A stretch of DNA of 64,000 nt from Rotaria socialis. Lineage: Eukaryota. Below the pieces are notes generated by a model that searched no databases, was not told the origin of the DNA, and saw nothing but the letters and a program-made list of their open reading frames with translations. Positions within the stretch are counted from its first letter, which is position 1, and each line of letters begins with the position of its first letter. The translations under genes and the position numbers were made by a program. The DNA lies in NCBI GenBank assembly GCA_905331295.1, contig CAJNYD010000014.1:124001-188000 (forward strand). Reading direction: 5' to 3'. This document shows, piece after piece, positions 1-14,294 of this stretch.

Positions 1-2304
1 ATCAGAAAATGATGTCTTGATTTAATTTTTTAGTCTTCACTTTGTTCAGTTATGAGCATTTTTATGTTCGTTCAAGTTGTATCGATTTAGAAAAAAACTT
101 GTATGATCAAAATTTAGCCGTACATAGATGTTATAGTGATTAGAAATATTTCAAGTTTGGAAACTCGAATATATGTATTCTTATCAAGCTATTAAATTAT
201 CAGACAAACGTTTTTTTTTAAACAGAAACCTCTTGTTAAATATGAATATAATAACGAAGAATGCTGTCCTTTTAGCTGAAATCTTGCAATCTTTCTTAGT
301 AGAAACTATAAGATTTCTCTATGAACAACATGTCTGCTGAAAATGCGATCGTCTAGGCTTTCAAGGATTTTAATTTCATGAGGCATACATCAAATAAATC
401 ACTCAATTATAACTCATCACGCAAACAACGGAAAGACATACCAAAACAGACTTTTGTTTATTTATCATCATGCTCGATCAAGTAATATTAGTTTACCACA
501 AGAATCAGTTAGATACCTGAACTATATCATCTTGATGGGTGCATTTGTCTCTTAAAAATACGAATCATAGGTAACTAGAAAATATTCCCCATCACAGACA
601 TAGGTATAGAAAGCAAAACAAGTTAATCGATGATCAGATATTTCTACATGTGACGATTTTGATTATGATAGCAATAGTTTCATTATATTTTATTTTCATA
701 CTCGTATCAACAATCATTGAAAGGCATATAGTTGCTCATTTAAAAATTCAACCATGCATAAAATATATATATACTGAGGTAAAGGTGCGTACAATTATTC
801 GAACAGCGTACATATCAAGACCGAGACGCATACAATGTAATTGTGCACAGACAAGTCAAGTAAAAGAATATTTATGCTTTGATAACATTTTTTTTTCTTC
901 TGTTAAAACTTGACAACATAAATAGTAGTTAGGAAAACGTTCAATGTCAAAGATAATATCTAGAATTACAAGCTTAACGATAATGAACAAGTAGATTTCT
1001 ATTGAATTTGATTGTGTAAATAGTCTATACTGTGTAGGATTATTCGATTCGTTTCTTCCTTTGAAAGATCGAACAAATTTCTAACTGCTAATCATAGGCA
1101 TATTATACTTACAGAACATAATACTTCTGTATGAATTCATTTGACTAACCAAATACTTCACTTTGCATTTATAAGAACGATACCGTTAGAAAATTTCGTT
1201 TTGTGAACAGTCAATTACATCCTATTTATCTTAGAATATTGTTCGTATTTTAATTAATTAAAATTTAATTTTAGTTGACATGTAAAAAAAATGACGTACT
1301 TCCTTTGTCGATGAAAACCGGAATTGTGAAAATTTCCATTTGATAAGCTACATGTATATACTAATGTCACAGGTATTTTTAGTAGATTATTTCTTGGATA
1401 TGTCATAAAACTTAAAGATTTATATATTTTGAAGACAAAAAAGAAAATAATGAAAGTAGATTTTTCTTTTCAATTATTAAAAAGTTATCCTGGAGATCAA
1501 TGAAAAAATGAAATTGCTGTAGATTGTTCTCTATCATGAATCATCGATTAATTTATTTCACTCAAAAAAATGAATCTGCATCTTATTATAAATCCCATAG
1601 ACTAGATAGATCACCTTTCTTCTTACTTTGATATTGAGGTTCTATTGAAAACTATATATGCTACTTTATAACGCAAATCTGTTGCAGAAATACTCAAAAT
1701 GGGGTGCTTTTCTTTCTAAAATTAGAAATTACATGATAATCAAATATTAGTTTAGTTGTATTTTTTCTTATCGAAATTTTGAACCAACCAACAGAAAATA
1801 AGGCATAGATGATGCCGTTATTTCATAGTTTAAATGCATGTTTGATAGCAATAAAATTTAAAAATACATGTAACATATTGAGTTCTATAGTTTTCTTATA
1901 TTTCGATGCTGTATAATGTTATTTTCGAAATAGATACCCGTTTTTTTCCTAATAAGTGTTCTTGAAACTACTAAATAAAATAAAATAGATAGACACGACT
2001 GAATAAAATATATGGCAAGCTATTACAAAAACTACTTCAACTCTTAAATAGCTAAGTTTTAATAGCAAGAATGGCGAATGAAATATTATTAGACGGTAAA
2101 ATTTTAAATTAAGAGATAAAATAAAATTTCAATTTACTCTTCGTAATATTCATGACGTTTGGGTGATTGAAAGAACATAAATTTATTATTTTTTCATATT
2201 ATTTGAATTTCAGGGTGTGTGGGTCTTCGGATGCCGACATTATATTAAATCAATAATGACTCAGACGCTTTTATTGCAATTGTAATTTAGTTGTCGAGAT
2301 TAAA

Positions 2305-2645
2305 AATTTTCAACAATGATAATGAAGTTAAATTCGCTGTTATAATTAACGCTTTTGGATATGGCGATGGCAATTACAAAAAAAAAACACAATTTACGAG
2401 TTCCATTGATTATAATTCTAATTGATTTTGTCGCCATTGGCGATTTTAACAATGACAGTACATGTAATTCTGTCATAAACATAGATGCACTTTTTCATCA
2501 TGCTATAGCTATGTTAGATTTAACACTGAGGTTTCAAAGGTGAAATTACGTTTTTCAGTAGCAATAATTCTAAGCCGATGGCATTCACTGTTGGTGATTT
2601 CAATAATGATACTTAATTAGATATTACGGTAAATAATGGTGGTTT
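2305..2645 (+). pseudogene. Degenerate FG-GAP/VCBS-repeat protein fragment
   Basis: Three decayed repeats read by eye: FNNDNEVKFAVIINAFGYGDGNY, FVAIGDFNNDS and PMAFTVGDFNNDT*LDITVNNGG. They are broken by frameshifts and an in-frame stop. Confidence 0.65.
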
Positions 2646-3872
2646 ATGATTTCGATGCAACGATCGAATACTTATGAGATTAGTGCTTTGCGATTTTGGC
2701 ACTCAGTCTTGTTCCTAATCGGAAGACATTAGTATGACGAACAATACGATCGCACACAAGATAGTCATCGATCATTTATACGTTGACAGCACTTAATGTA
2801 TTTAATTTATTTGGTTATTTCAAAGAGAAAAACTCATTAGTCAATAATAATAAAATACTTTAACAACGATTTCAATTCATTCTCTATCATTTTTTATCGT
2901 TGTCATTTACCATATTTGGTATTGAATACAATGATAGTTTCTAAACTTTCTGTCAATGTTTTTTTTGTTAAATATTTTTTTATCTAAAAATAAATTTTTT
3001 TCATAAATAAAATCACTGGATCGAACTCTTATTCTACATTATTTCCGTCAGGAAACGTATGCATCAATAAATTAATGCAATGACATTGTATGATTATCAA
3101 GTAAACTATGGTTAGGTTACATATTCATTTGATAATTTATTCTTTCATATAAGGCACTCTATTATTTGAAGAAATTTTTATTACCTTACCATGTTGGATT
3201 TACGAATATTAGCCTTTACATCTCATATGATATTAATATGCCTATGAAATAATTTACATTGAACGATAATCGGAAATCTAGCTATTCATTTAATATGCGT
3301 ATTAGTCCGTAATAAAATTCCGAGATAGAATTTTATGAAGCAATAGAATATTCATGTTATTTTATAGACATAATCATCTGTTGTTTTTCTCTTGTCACAA
3401 ACTCCAACAGATGTTATTGATAATCGAACGCAAATCCGACATCAATAACATCTTGTTACAATATATCAGTTACTTATTATAATCTAGCTTGATTAAGTGA
3501 AAGAATGGCGAGTATATGTTACCTAAAATAGATAGAATGAAGACCTTTTCCTACAATTATCAAAAGTAGTAACGTCGCGTGTTTCATATGTTAACCATGT
3601 AGAGATTTTTAACAAAGTTCTTTTTTATGGAAAACTATCGACATATAATTCTGGAATAATAATGATTATATTTTGACATTTCATTGATAAATAAAAGGTC
3701 ACTGACTTATTCTAATAATAGATTAGTTTGATTTGTTTCTTTTAATTCAAAAACAAAATCAACTTACATTCATTAATGAGAGAATTATTGTGAGTCTCTC
3801 AAGTGTGATTAATATAGAATATAAAAAGGAAAGAAAATATATGCTCGAGTAAATAAGAAAAGATTAAAATGT

Positions 3873-6128
3873 TTAATCATCGTCAATGTCTATTGTTTGT
3901 CTTCGAACAAGTTCTCGATAAATTCCGTTGTCAATCATCATTAATTCATCATGTGTACCTTGTTCAACTAAATGACCTTTATGTATAACAAATATTCTAT
4001 CACATCGTTCAATTGTACTTAATCGATGGGCTGATATGAGAATAGTTCGAGATTGTGAATTATCTTTCTTATAATATAGTGCATCTTGAATCTTGCATAA
4101 AACATAAAAAAAGAAATGTATTGATAAAAACAAACTAAAAGCAAATAATTACCAATCTTTCATTGACTGGATCTAACGCTGATGTTGCTTCGTCTAAAAG
4201 AAGTATCGTTGGGTTTCGCATGAGTGCACGTGCAATAGAAACACGTTGTTTTTGGCCACCTATAATTAATAAAAAAGAAATCGAAAGAAAAATCTCATTT
4301 AAAATAAATCCTAACCTGATAAATGACTACCACGTTGTCCACATTTCGTATTATAACCATTCATAAGTTCAGTAATAAATCCATCTGCATTAGCTTGTTG
4401 AGCTGCTTGAATTATCATTGTTTCATCATTATCATTCATACCGTAGTTGATATTTTCTCGAATAGTTCTATTAAATAAAACTGGTTCTTGTCCAACCATA
4501 GCTATTTTATGATGAAAATATTTATGGTCATATTCATGAATTTCTCGACCGTCGATTAAGATTTTTCCATCACTAGGATCATAGAAACGTTCAAGTAAAT
4601 TAACGCATGTTGATTTTCCTAATAATAAAAAAGAAAACAAATGATGACATCGATCAATGATAGTTTGACGATTTCATTACCTGAGCCTGATGGTCCAACA
4701 AAAGCACATGTTTGTCCTGATTTGATTTTAAATGAAATGTTCTTTGCAAGAAAATAGAAAATATTCTTTTCGGATTTCTAATAAACATGAATCGATTTAC
4801 TTACTTGTATAGCTATTTCATTTGGTCTTGCTGGATACGTAAGTGATACATTGTTAAATTCAATATCACCTATTAATTCGCTTGGTTGTAAAATACCATT
4901 TGGCTTTTGTATTGGTTGACGATCTAAATAATCAAAAACTGATTGACTTGCACCAGCAGCTGTCATCATCGATGTATAAATTTGCGAAATATCCTAAGAA
5001 ATATTTAATAACGATGTTTTTTTTAATTACATGTAGATATATATTTACACTTAAAACTCCTCCAAGTGTTAATTGATAAATAATAAATGCTAATAAATCA
5101 GGTCCAGTTATATAATTATCACGTACAAGTTTGGCACCATATGAAAGCATGATAATACTCATACAAAGTTGAGCTAACTAATGTAAAGAAGAAAAAATGT
5201 TTGTAATTACTCACTGAACTGAGTTATTCAGCATCCGCGATACTTTTAACTCTACATATATATTTTAGAAATATCATTTAAACTATTCTTTCAGTAGAAA
5301 ATAGAGTCAATTAAATAATTTTAAATGTCTACGGACAATCACTTACTTCAACAAACCACTTTTGTGCAGCAATTAATGCTGCTTGTATCAATGAAACTTG
5401 ATATGATTGTTGAAGAGTATTTTCAAATCGTTTTAATTCTTCATCTTCATTTCCAAAACTTCGAACTGTTCGTATTGTTTGAATTGTTTCTTCAGCTATT
5501 TCAAATGCTTCAGCAGATAGATTTTGAACTTTTTCTGATATACGCCCATGAGCATTACCACTGATTTTAGCAACAACCAAGATAAGAGGAGCACCAATAA
5601 GACAAGCTATTGTTAAATGAATACTTAATTTAATCATCATTATTAACGTACCACCTAGTAAAAGTAAATATAGTTTTTCATCAGTAATGCATTCTATTNA
5701 CAATGATAATTCAAGCAGCTCAACAAGCTAATGCAGATGGATTTATTACTGAACTTATGAATGGTTATAATACGAAATCCACCAAGAAAACCTCTATAAG
5801 ATGAAAAGAACGATTTATTTTATTTATTTTATTAGACTTTTGTACCCGGAAAAATTTACAACGACAAACATGATTAGATTGTGTTGAAATTGTAACCATG
5901 CTTCTTTAAATGCAACACTTGATAAAAGTCTTCCGGTATATAACGGTACAAATACTTCAGCTACAAATAGGAAAGGCTCAATTTATTCAATGAATAATGT
6001 AAAAGACATACATAGAGCTGCGCCTAACAATAGAATTGTTCCAAATGTAATTATTTTCCAATCGTCTAGACTATATTTAAATAGACGTTTGAGTACATGA
6101 AGTTCATCTTTACGTTTTGATTGAAGAT
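3873..6128 (-). CDS. ABCB9: ABCB-family half transporter (ABCB9/TAP-like), multi-exon; part of the TMD is missing at an N gap and the 5' end is uncertain
   Basis: Walker A GPSGS|GKST, Q-loop MVGQEPVLF, signature [16 protein letters not shown], Walker [13 protein letters not shown]-loop ISAHRLSTI and EAA-like motif [17 protein letters not shown]. Short GT-AG introns. The most 5' exon found (6012-6128) reads [24 protein letters not shown]. Confidence 0.85.
5700..5778 (+). other. 79-bp inverted copy of 4343-4421 next to an N; probable chimeric/assembly artefact
   Basis: Exact reverse complement of an NBD exon segment. It starts right after the N at 5699 and joins back through the shared 8-mer ATTTCGTA. 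Confidence 0.85.
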
Positions 6129-7223
6129 CTATACGGAAACGATACAATAGTTAGTTAAACTATCGAATATATTTTCTTAAAGGTTCTAAAAGAATAATAG
6201 GATTATTATAGGTTGTTCAAAGCAGACACTATATTATTTAAAGAAATAATCTTTGATGAAATCGGTCGAAACTTTTTGATGACTCGTATCGGATTATCGT
6301 TACGAAAATGCCATCTAAATTCCTAAGACAAAAGCTCATCAGTAATTCAATACAATACTTATAAATAATATATTGTGGAAGCATCTAATTGAATCTATTT
6401 TTTAGATATTTTCATTTTCTCAAGAGATTATATCTCACGTATCAAAATAGAAGTATGTTTAGGTTAAGTATAGTATCATTAAAATAAAATAAAACTATAT
6501 TCTCAATAGGAAGTACAGACACTCTTCAGAATCCTCTCAACGCAAAATAAGATCAATTTCCTTTCTTTAATCCACGTCGTTGCTTTCTTAATTTTACTTT
6601 TTAATCATCGTAATTGCATGTATTACCATGCCTTTATTCAAGTACTCTTCATAGAGCTTTGAGTCCTTCATTCTGATATTTGCAGGGATACTGTATCTTT
6701 ATGATATTATTCAACTCAGCACCATGACTTTCTTGAAGAACATAAACCAAAATGATATTTTAATTTCGCTTAATAGTCTGTATAGTGACAATCAATGAAA
6801 GACTTCATATGAACTTCAAAACTATCATGAAATAGTATTTTATAAAAAAATTAGCAAAATAATTCAGCTCTGTCTCTGTTATATTCATAAAACAAAAAAG
6901 TCTATATGAAAGATCGAGATTATTTTCAAAAGTATCTTATCAGTTGAAGAATTTGTTCTTTTTAATTATAATGAATAATTAAGATTGTATTTCATTCAAA
7001 CTTCTTTCTTTTCAAAATGTTATCTCTAATTCTAATAAAGTTTCATGCAATGATTTATTGATGAACATTACTTTTTAGGGCTTCTATTTCTTTAATTTCT
7101 ACTCAAATTATATGACATCCATTTTTTCGACGCTATCGATTTATCTGATTGTCATATCTTTGTTGTTTTTTTCTTCATATGATATTCATGACTAAAAGTC
7201 AAAGATAAATTTGAATATATTTC

Positions 7224-8588
7224 AGTGAATTGCAACTTTTTGGTACAATTCACGCGAACAGATGAAAGTGAGCCCATACAATTTTTGAGTAGTGCATTTT
7301 ATCACAATCTATGCCAGTAGTACACAAAAACAAATTCCCAACACTTGATCGATTATTAACGGAGATATGGCCCTTTTATAAATGTATGACTTTTTCTACT
7401 TGTGGGTGATTCCATGCCAAGACAACCACACTTTGAAAGTTCAAAATTTATATATAGCAGGAATCAGTACATGATCATAGATGGAATGGTCGATGCGGTT
7501 GTCACGAAAAATGGAATTTGTTTTTATCCACCGGCAACCCTGGAGGGGAGTACGGCAATTTCGCAAAAAACAATTTTCATTTTTGATGGAGAACCACGTT
7601 GACGATTCTATATGGGACCATGTCCTAATTCGTGCTAGGTACGAATTTTTGAATAAAAATGGAAGCTAGTCAATAGTGCACTTTTTTATGTTTATGCTGA
7701 ATAAATTTTTTCGAAAAAGCCGTCTACATCTTCAACATTTTCGCTTTTGAGGTCATCATTTTTTCCCAAATGATACTCTATGATCGCTTTCCACTTAACT
7801 ACGCCGGAAAATATTTTTTTGAATGAGCCGTACTGAAAATACTCGCGAAAAATTGTCATTCTACATATCTCAGTATAATGTAAGTTTCTCCGGAATAGAA
7901 GATGATTCAGGCTGGAATTTTTATCATTGATAGACCTTGCTAGTTTATATCTTGAGTAAAAATTTAAGCCTAACCGCACTAATTGTTGAGGAGTTATAAA
8001 GCATCCAATTTTCAAATTGTCATTCTACAAAGTGAGTATAATGACCTTTTTTTCAGAAAGTCTTCTTATTTTTATCGATAAGGAAAGGTAACAACACAGA
8101 GTTATTTCTTACCATTTTGTTACTCACAGAGTTGTCTTTCCTTTCGTATAATCTCTGCGTCATCAGCTTTATCAGTAGTCGAACTGTAATCACGTTTGCG
8201 TCATTCTACACAAAAATACAAAGTGTCTGCCAAATAATGTGAACGTTGGACGAACGAGAGAATGAAGTATAACATTTAAATCCATAATATAGTTCGATAG
8301 GGCATTGAACGCTGTACAAAATAGCTTATTTAAATATTGTTTCTCTTGCTGTTCTATGGTCCAAAAATTCATTTCTCTTCTCACGTGTCAGTAAAAACTA
8401 ACATTTTGTTGTCGTGTTTTCCTTATAATTCAGCGACTGTATGAGCTCGAGAGCTAAAATTTTGTGTGCCAGTGGGACATACTGGGATCAATAGTTGATG
8501 AAGAAATTATCAAAATCGGCTGAGAGGAAAAAAGGTATTAGAGAAATACAGATAAAACGCAAAATGTACCAAAAAGTTGCAATTCACT
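7224..8588. mobile_element. Non-autonomous TIR DNA transposon (~1.37 kb), superfamily unassigned
   Basis: 24-bp terminal inverted repeats: AGTGAATTGCAACTTTTTGGTACA (7224-7247) and TGTACCAAAAAGTTGCAATTCACT (8565-8588). Flanks are TA-rich with (TA)n on the right. No intact transposase. Confidence 0.75.
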
Positions 8589-8777
8589 CAAAGATATATA
8601 TATATATATATATATAATTCATGCATATGCACACTGATTTAGTAACACTTACATATAAATGATTGGTGCTAATTTCATTTCAGACTAAGCTGTAAAACAC
8701 AAGAAATTTAATTTTTTTATTTCATAGTTTGTATTTCATAACAACTTTTAAAACAAAACAAAATATTCGAGATATTA

Positions 8778-9206
8778 CTAACCATGATCATTTGTCGTAT
8801 TGAATATTTCGAACCAAATATATTGCAAAAAACTAAGATTTTCTTGTTCTATACGTCGAATCCATAAATAAACAAAAAGTGGCATTGCAACTTGCAGAAT
8901 AATGTACAATATTGAAAGAAAATTTGACGAAAATTTGATCTGATACATAACAAATGCTTGTTCAATGACTGCAATAATCACAAATAAATTTTTAAATGGA
9001 GTCCAGAATGTTTTCGCTGTATCATAATCGGCATTTTTATCATAATTGTCGTAAGCAATTCGATAAAAAAAGGAAATAAATATTGCTATTATTCGAGTAA
9101 AAGTTAAGAAAATAAGTGCATTCTGTGATGAACTTAAACATAAATCAATTATTATTGTAAATAGGATACCAAAGAAAATGAAATAGATTCTACGATTTGT
9201 TTCCAT
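8778..9206 (-). CDS. Small polytopic membrane protein (142 aa, ~4 TM), unknown family
   Basis: Single ATG-started ORF with about four hydrophobic segments. A TTCTAG acceptor lies immediately before the ATG. Confidence 0.6.
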   Translation of the reverse strand: METNRRIYFIFFGILFTIIIDLCLSSSQNALIFLTFTRIIAIFISFFYRIAYDNYDKNADYDTAKTFWTPFKNLFVIIAVIEQAFVMYQIKFSSNFLSILYIILQVAMPLFVYLWIRRIEQENLSFLQYIWFEIFNTTNDHG

Positions 9207-9272
9207 CTAGAATAAATTTTTATTATTATTCTAAGAAATGTCGCCAATAAAAAAAAAAAGAAAAAAAAAGTG

Positions 9273-11368
9273 TCAATGAATAAAATGCGGTACACGTAAA
9301 CGTATATTCATCGCATTTCGTATCGAACTTAAAGCGTTTCGTTCTGCAGGTTTGCCTAAAACTATAAACCAAATAGAAATTGATATGCCAATAAGACAAA
9401 GAATATCCTTCAAGACTGTAGCTATTGTTAATAAATAACCATGTGAATTTAGATTTCCATTAAATGAAAATAAAATAAGAACAAGTATAAATACTCCAAG
9501 ACCAAAAAAGATTCGATCACGTTGCAAACGTTGAATTGATTCTTCAACAATAATGCAAGCCGCACGAAGATTATTCCGGGTTTTTTCATCAGCAATTTCC
9601 ATGTTGTCAAGTGGTTTTGTTTGTTTTCTTGGAATTGTTTCATCAATTTCAAACAAACCATATACAGCTAAATGATCAGAATAATGAAGTCCATTGGAAC
9701 TATTTGGAACTTTATGTAATGTTGGATAAGCTTCAATACATTTCATATTATCTAGAATTTAAACATATAGAAATAAACACTAAGAGTATTAATTATAACA
9801 AACCATTTCGTGCACGATAAAGAATATAATCAATACGTTCCCCTTCACCTTGATATGGATGTGGTTTAACATACGGATTATCAAGTAAATCACATGTTCG
9901 ACCACTATTACCCACAGTTGGATCAAAAACATTCTAGACAATAAATATGAATTTTTTACTATTCAATTTCTAAGTCGACTTACTTTATTGATACGTTTAT
10001 AAAATGCATCATTTAATTGAAGAATACCTTCAATAAGCTTAAAACCTAAATCATCGTTTGTTAAATTGAGATCACCAAGAAGAATTGTAAAATCAGTTGT
10101 ATCTGCTCCTGATGTACTTTCAATAAATTGTATCAATTCATACGCTTGACATATACGATGTCCTAAATAGATATCTTCCGGTATCACATGATGATAATTA
10201 GCATGTAAATGTGTATTGTATACGTTAACAATATACCCATTAACAAGAATTTTACAGAGACCAATTAATTTGCCACAAAACCAATCACCATGTTGTATTT
10301 TATGCGGAAAACCTATGTAAAATTTAGAGTAAAGAAAAACTTCTAACCATGTTCCATTTTATTTTGATAAACTAATTATCGAACGACAAAGATTTTCTTT
10401 TCTCGTAAATCATTGAAAAACAATTTACATTTTCGATCAAGAATCATTTAAGGAAATAATGCATCAATTACGAGCGCGTAACACTTTCTATGCAAATAGA
10501 AATAAATTTGATTCTTTATCGATAATTCAATATAAACTATGTCACTTTTTAGAAATAAATTAAAGCAATAATTACATTAGAGATTCTTCCTATTTAAAAG
10601 CTTGGTGATTAGTAATAATCTCACCGTTTTCATTCAGGAGAATATACTAGACTTTTTATTCATACCTTAAAATAATAATAATAATAAAAGAAAATAGTAT
10701 ACGTAGTATGTCTACATTTATTAACATGTGACTGCAGACTATTACAAAGAGAGAATCTTTTTAAATATATCAAGACTGTCTTCGTATCTTTCAATGAAAT
10801 TAAATATTTATTCAAATCTTCGACAAAAGCATCCGCCCTTCACTAATAATAGGTTTTCTAGCAACTTGAGCGTTAACTTCAACTCTGATTTCGAATTGTC
10901 TGTCTCTGACACAAATGCATCTGAAATATCAGCTCAATATTAGAAATAATAATTATAGTGCCAATAAGGATGGCACATATTTTTGCCTCTGACTCTACAT
11001 ACCATTTAATGAATAACGATGTTCATATGTACCAATAATTGGATATTTTGAAAAAATACAACATCCGGAACCAACAAGACCACTTAAAAAATAATAACTA
11101 TGTGGATATATAGTTTTTAATTGATCACGTAAATAAATATAATCCCTTTTACTCCAAACCTATACATAGTTAAAAGCAAAAACGAAGTTAATTCAGCAGT
11201 TCTATACATCTTTAATTATTTCTATTTGTTTACCTCTTGCAATCCAACAATATCATAATTAGTATCGGAATGTTTTAAATGTTCAATTAATGCTTCAATA
11301 CGTCGATTAATAAATTTAGCAATATAATGAACACCCCAAATATTAAGTGTAAGTACACGTAATTGCAT
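9273..11368 (-). CDS. SMPD2: Neutral sphingomyelinase (nSMase1/SMPD2/Isc1-like, EEP fold), ~6 exons
   Basis: MQLRVLTLNIWGV...DIVGLQE|VW, GLVGSGCCIFSKYPI, HGDWFCGKLIGL, YNTHLHANY, LLGDLN, RIDYILYR and YSDHLAV, followed by two C-terminal TM helices. Confidence 0.9.
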
Positions 11369-11708
11369 ATTTAGTATTTTTTCATAGGACTTATTTCGTA
11401 TTTGTCTAGAATATGAAAAGGCAAAAGGTATTTTTGTTTTGAATGGTTGAGTGATTTTCGTATTGGACTCATATGATGGATAGATTTGGGAGTGTACTAT
11501 TTATGGTTCAGATTTATTGATATGAAAAACAAACATAGATAGATATGGTAGATTTATTACGGTTGAATGATTTCAATATGGTATTTCTATAGTATCTAAT
11601 CGTCGATGAGGCTCTGTATAACTCTTTTGAGCTCGAATTTATTGAAATCAAAAAATGGGCAAACATAAAAGAACAACAAGGAGAGAAAAAATAATAATAG
11701 TTTTTTTT

Positions 11709-14041
11709 TTAACTAGAATTGTTATTTGTTGTTGATTTATCACCACTTCCTTTCTCTGGTTTTTTCTCAGCTGTTGTTGTTGTTGTTGTTGTTGTATTTG
11801 GCGTCGTACTATCTGCTTTTTCAGCATCAGAATTTTGAATTTTATTCATAATTAAATTATGTAAGGCTATAATTGAACGAATCAATGATGAAAGATAAAC
11901 AAGTAACATTTCATCATTTGTTTTAACATAAATTGATTTTATTAAATCTTGTTGTGTTACATCAGGTAGTAAATTAAATATATCTTGTATATGAGATAAA
12001 ATTTGATGATTTAATGGTAATTTATTTGCTAATAATTTATCCAAATAAGCACGTACATCATATAAACTTTTTGTTAAACCTTTAAGACCCATTAATTGAT
12101 TTGTTATACGTTGAGAAAGAGTACCAACCGTTGCATTTCGAATATCACTAAAGTAGAAAATAATTAAATAATTTTTGAAATCATGTACAAAAATGTTTTG
12201 GTGACTTTCCTATCATATTGAATCGAAAACTATAAGAAAAAAAATAAATTCTTGTGTCATAAATAACTAGTTTACGACTATGAAAGTCATTCATCAAAAA
12301 GTAATTTATCTTCATTATTGCTATATGTTTCGCAATGATTCTCTTACTGTTACATATACAAATATACTGGAAGTCATTATTATGTTTGTGTTTATTTTGA
12401 ACACAAGTTTGGACGATAGATCTATTGTAAAATGAGACTTTTGTTTCATATAGAACAACGAAAAATCACAACACATTCAAAGTTTTGTAATTAAGAAGCA
12501 GTGAAATTCCAAGAACAGACTAAAATGACATATTCTCAGTCGTAAAAACGTTGTTATTGCACCCTCTTTAAACCTTATGCTAATTTAGAAATATAAATTA
12601 TTATATTATCGTTCAGATCCTTCGTAATATTTATATGACAAGGCATCTCTCCTGAATTTACACGCAATCAATTCGCGAAACAATAAAATCTGGTAAACCA
12701 GGTAATCATTTAACAAAATTCAAATCTACATTCAAGAAAAATCTCTTCCATAACAGTTTATATGATGATCGATACATCTATAGTGCTCATAAGAATCCGA
12801 TATTTACCTGGGCTATAAGATTATAGGAACTCGTTATTGGTTAAATATCGCGCATGGCGAAGCATATCTAAATCGGTATATAATATTATCGGACGTATTA
12901 ATTTTAAAATAAGTTCAACTTTTGTTAGATGATGTACGGTTTAAAAAAGCATCGAGACGAACACATTGGAGATAGACTATGATTTAGACATCAGAAACCG
13001 ATAAAAAAAATAAAATTTAATGCTTGAAGCATAAGTATCAGGATCATCTATAGTCAATTTTTTAAACCCTCTCGTGGCATTCACGCCCATCTTAAACGCC
13101 TTATTATTTACATGCATGTAAAAAGAAATGGCAATGAAAATATCGAATAATGCATATTTTAAACTAGTGACACCTCTCTAAATAGCTAGATACATGCTTA
13201 ATTTGCTTTAACTAACCGAAGTAAATGTTCAACGCCAACTTCTTCAGCTTCTTCGGCGCCAATTTCTGATGGTAAATGTTCAAATGTTTTTGAAGCTGGA
13301 CTTCCATCCTAAATTAAACAAAAGACAAACATAATTTAGTCTAGAAAGAATCGCTTATTTTTACTTACATCATGAATTTCTTCTACGGCAATATAAGCCT
13401 CCGTAGGTAAACCTAAATCCTTTGGTTTAGCATCAACAATAACAAGAACAGAATCAGGATGATATTCTCGAATTAATTCATTGATTGAAATATCATTACG
13501 ATGCAATTTAGGACCTGTATGATACCAACCAACAATACGTTCACGAGCTAAATAGTTTTAAATTTAAATGAAAATAATTTTTCTGCCTCATTATCTTTTT
13601 TTTTTCTTTCGTTTTACCATTAACTTTTCTAAACATAGTATACATATTTTCTAAATATTCATGATCAAGAAACCAAACATCTTTTTCTTTTTCTTCTTCG
13701 TCAAATGGTACTGAAATAGAACAATAAACAACATGAAAAAATTACGAAGGTAATTCATGAAATGCCATCTTACAAGCAAAACTATTTGAAACATCAAGAA
13801 TCTTATTAGTAAGTGAACCAAGTAAAACTCCTACAACACGCTGTGAATTGCCTATTTTACCCATACGATTAAAATGATCCACAACACTTAACAGCACAAG
13901 TGGATGAACAACAACTTTTTCGATTTTATTTAATAGAGATGTTGTTACAGGCGGATTTTTTTCCATTGATAAACCATTTTCTTTAGGAGTTTGTCCGTCA
14001 CTAGTTGACTTAGTCGATGTTGTTGCTGCTGGAGGAGACAT
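11709..14041 (-). CDS. PSMD7: 26S proteasome non-ATPase regulatory subunit 7 (Rpn8/Mov34), 5 exons
   Basis: [18 protein letters not shown]...RVVGVLLG...[50 protein letters not shown] and [25 protein letters not shown]. One ~1.07 kb intron (~12148-13216). Confidence 0.97.
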
Positions 14042-14294
14042 TTATCAATCTAAAAATTAACTTGCATAAAACAAAATCTTTCTTCATGTGTATGTTGCTT
14101 TTATTTCTTTCATTCAACTGCTTGTTGACTCTGTTTAGAAACAAATGAAGTACGTTCGACATAGATGTCAGATGAATCTATCCCAACGTTATTCCTATTG
14201 GACAAAAGCGATCTACCAACCGAAGAGTTTCCTTTGTTAAAAGCAATTTTTTTCTTTTACTCTTGAACAAATCAGTTTTGGGTTTTTTAGAACT

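Noticed and set aside
8140..8170. Minus-strand CTGATGA...GAAA inside the TIR element
   Set aside because: Stem II pairs poorly and no stem III or NUH site follows.
7402..8384. ORFs within the 7.2-8.6 kb TIR element as a transposase
   Set aside because: They are short, on mixed strands and have no DDE or HTH motifs.
11600..11640. CGATGA-GGCTC...GAGCTC-GAAT as a possible hammerhead or snoRNA between PSMD7 and SMPD2
   Set aside because: The core is not CUGANGA/GAAA, stems I and III are absent, and there are no convincing C/D or H/ACA boxes.
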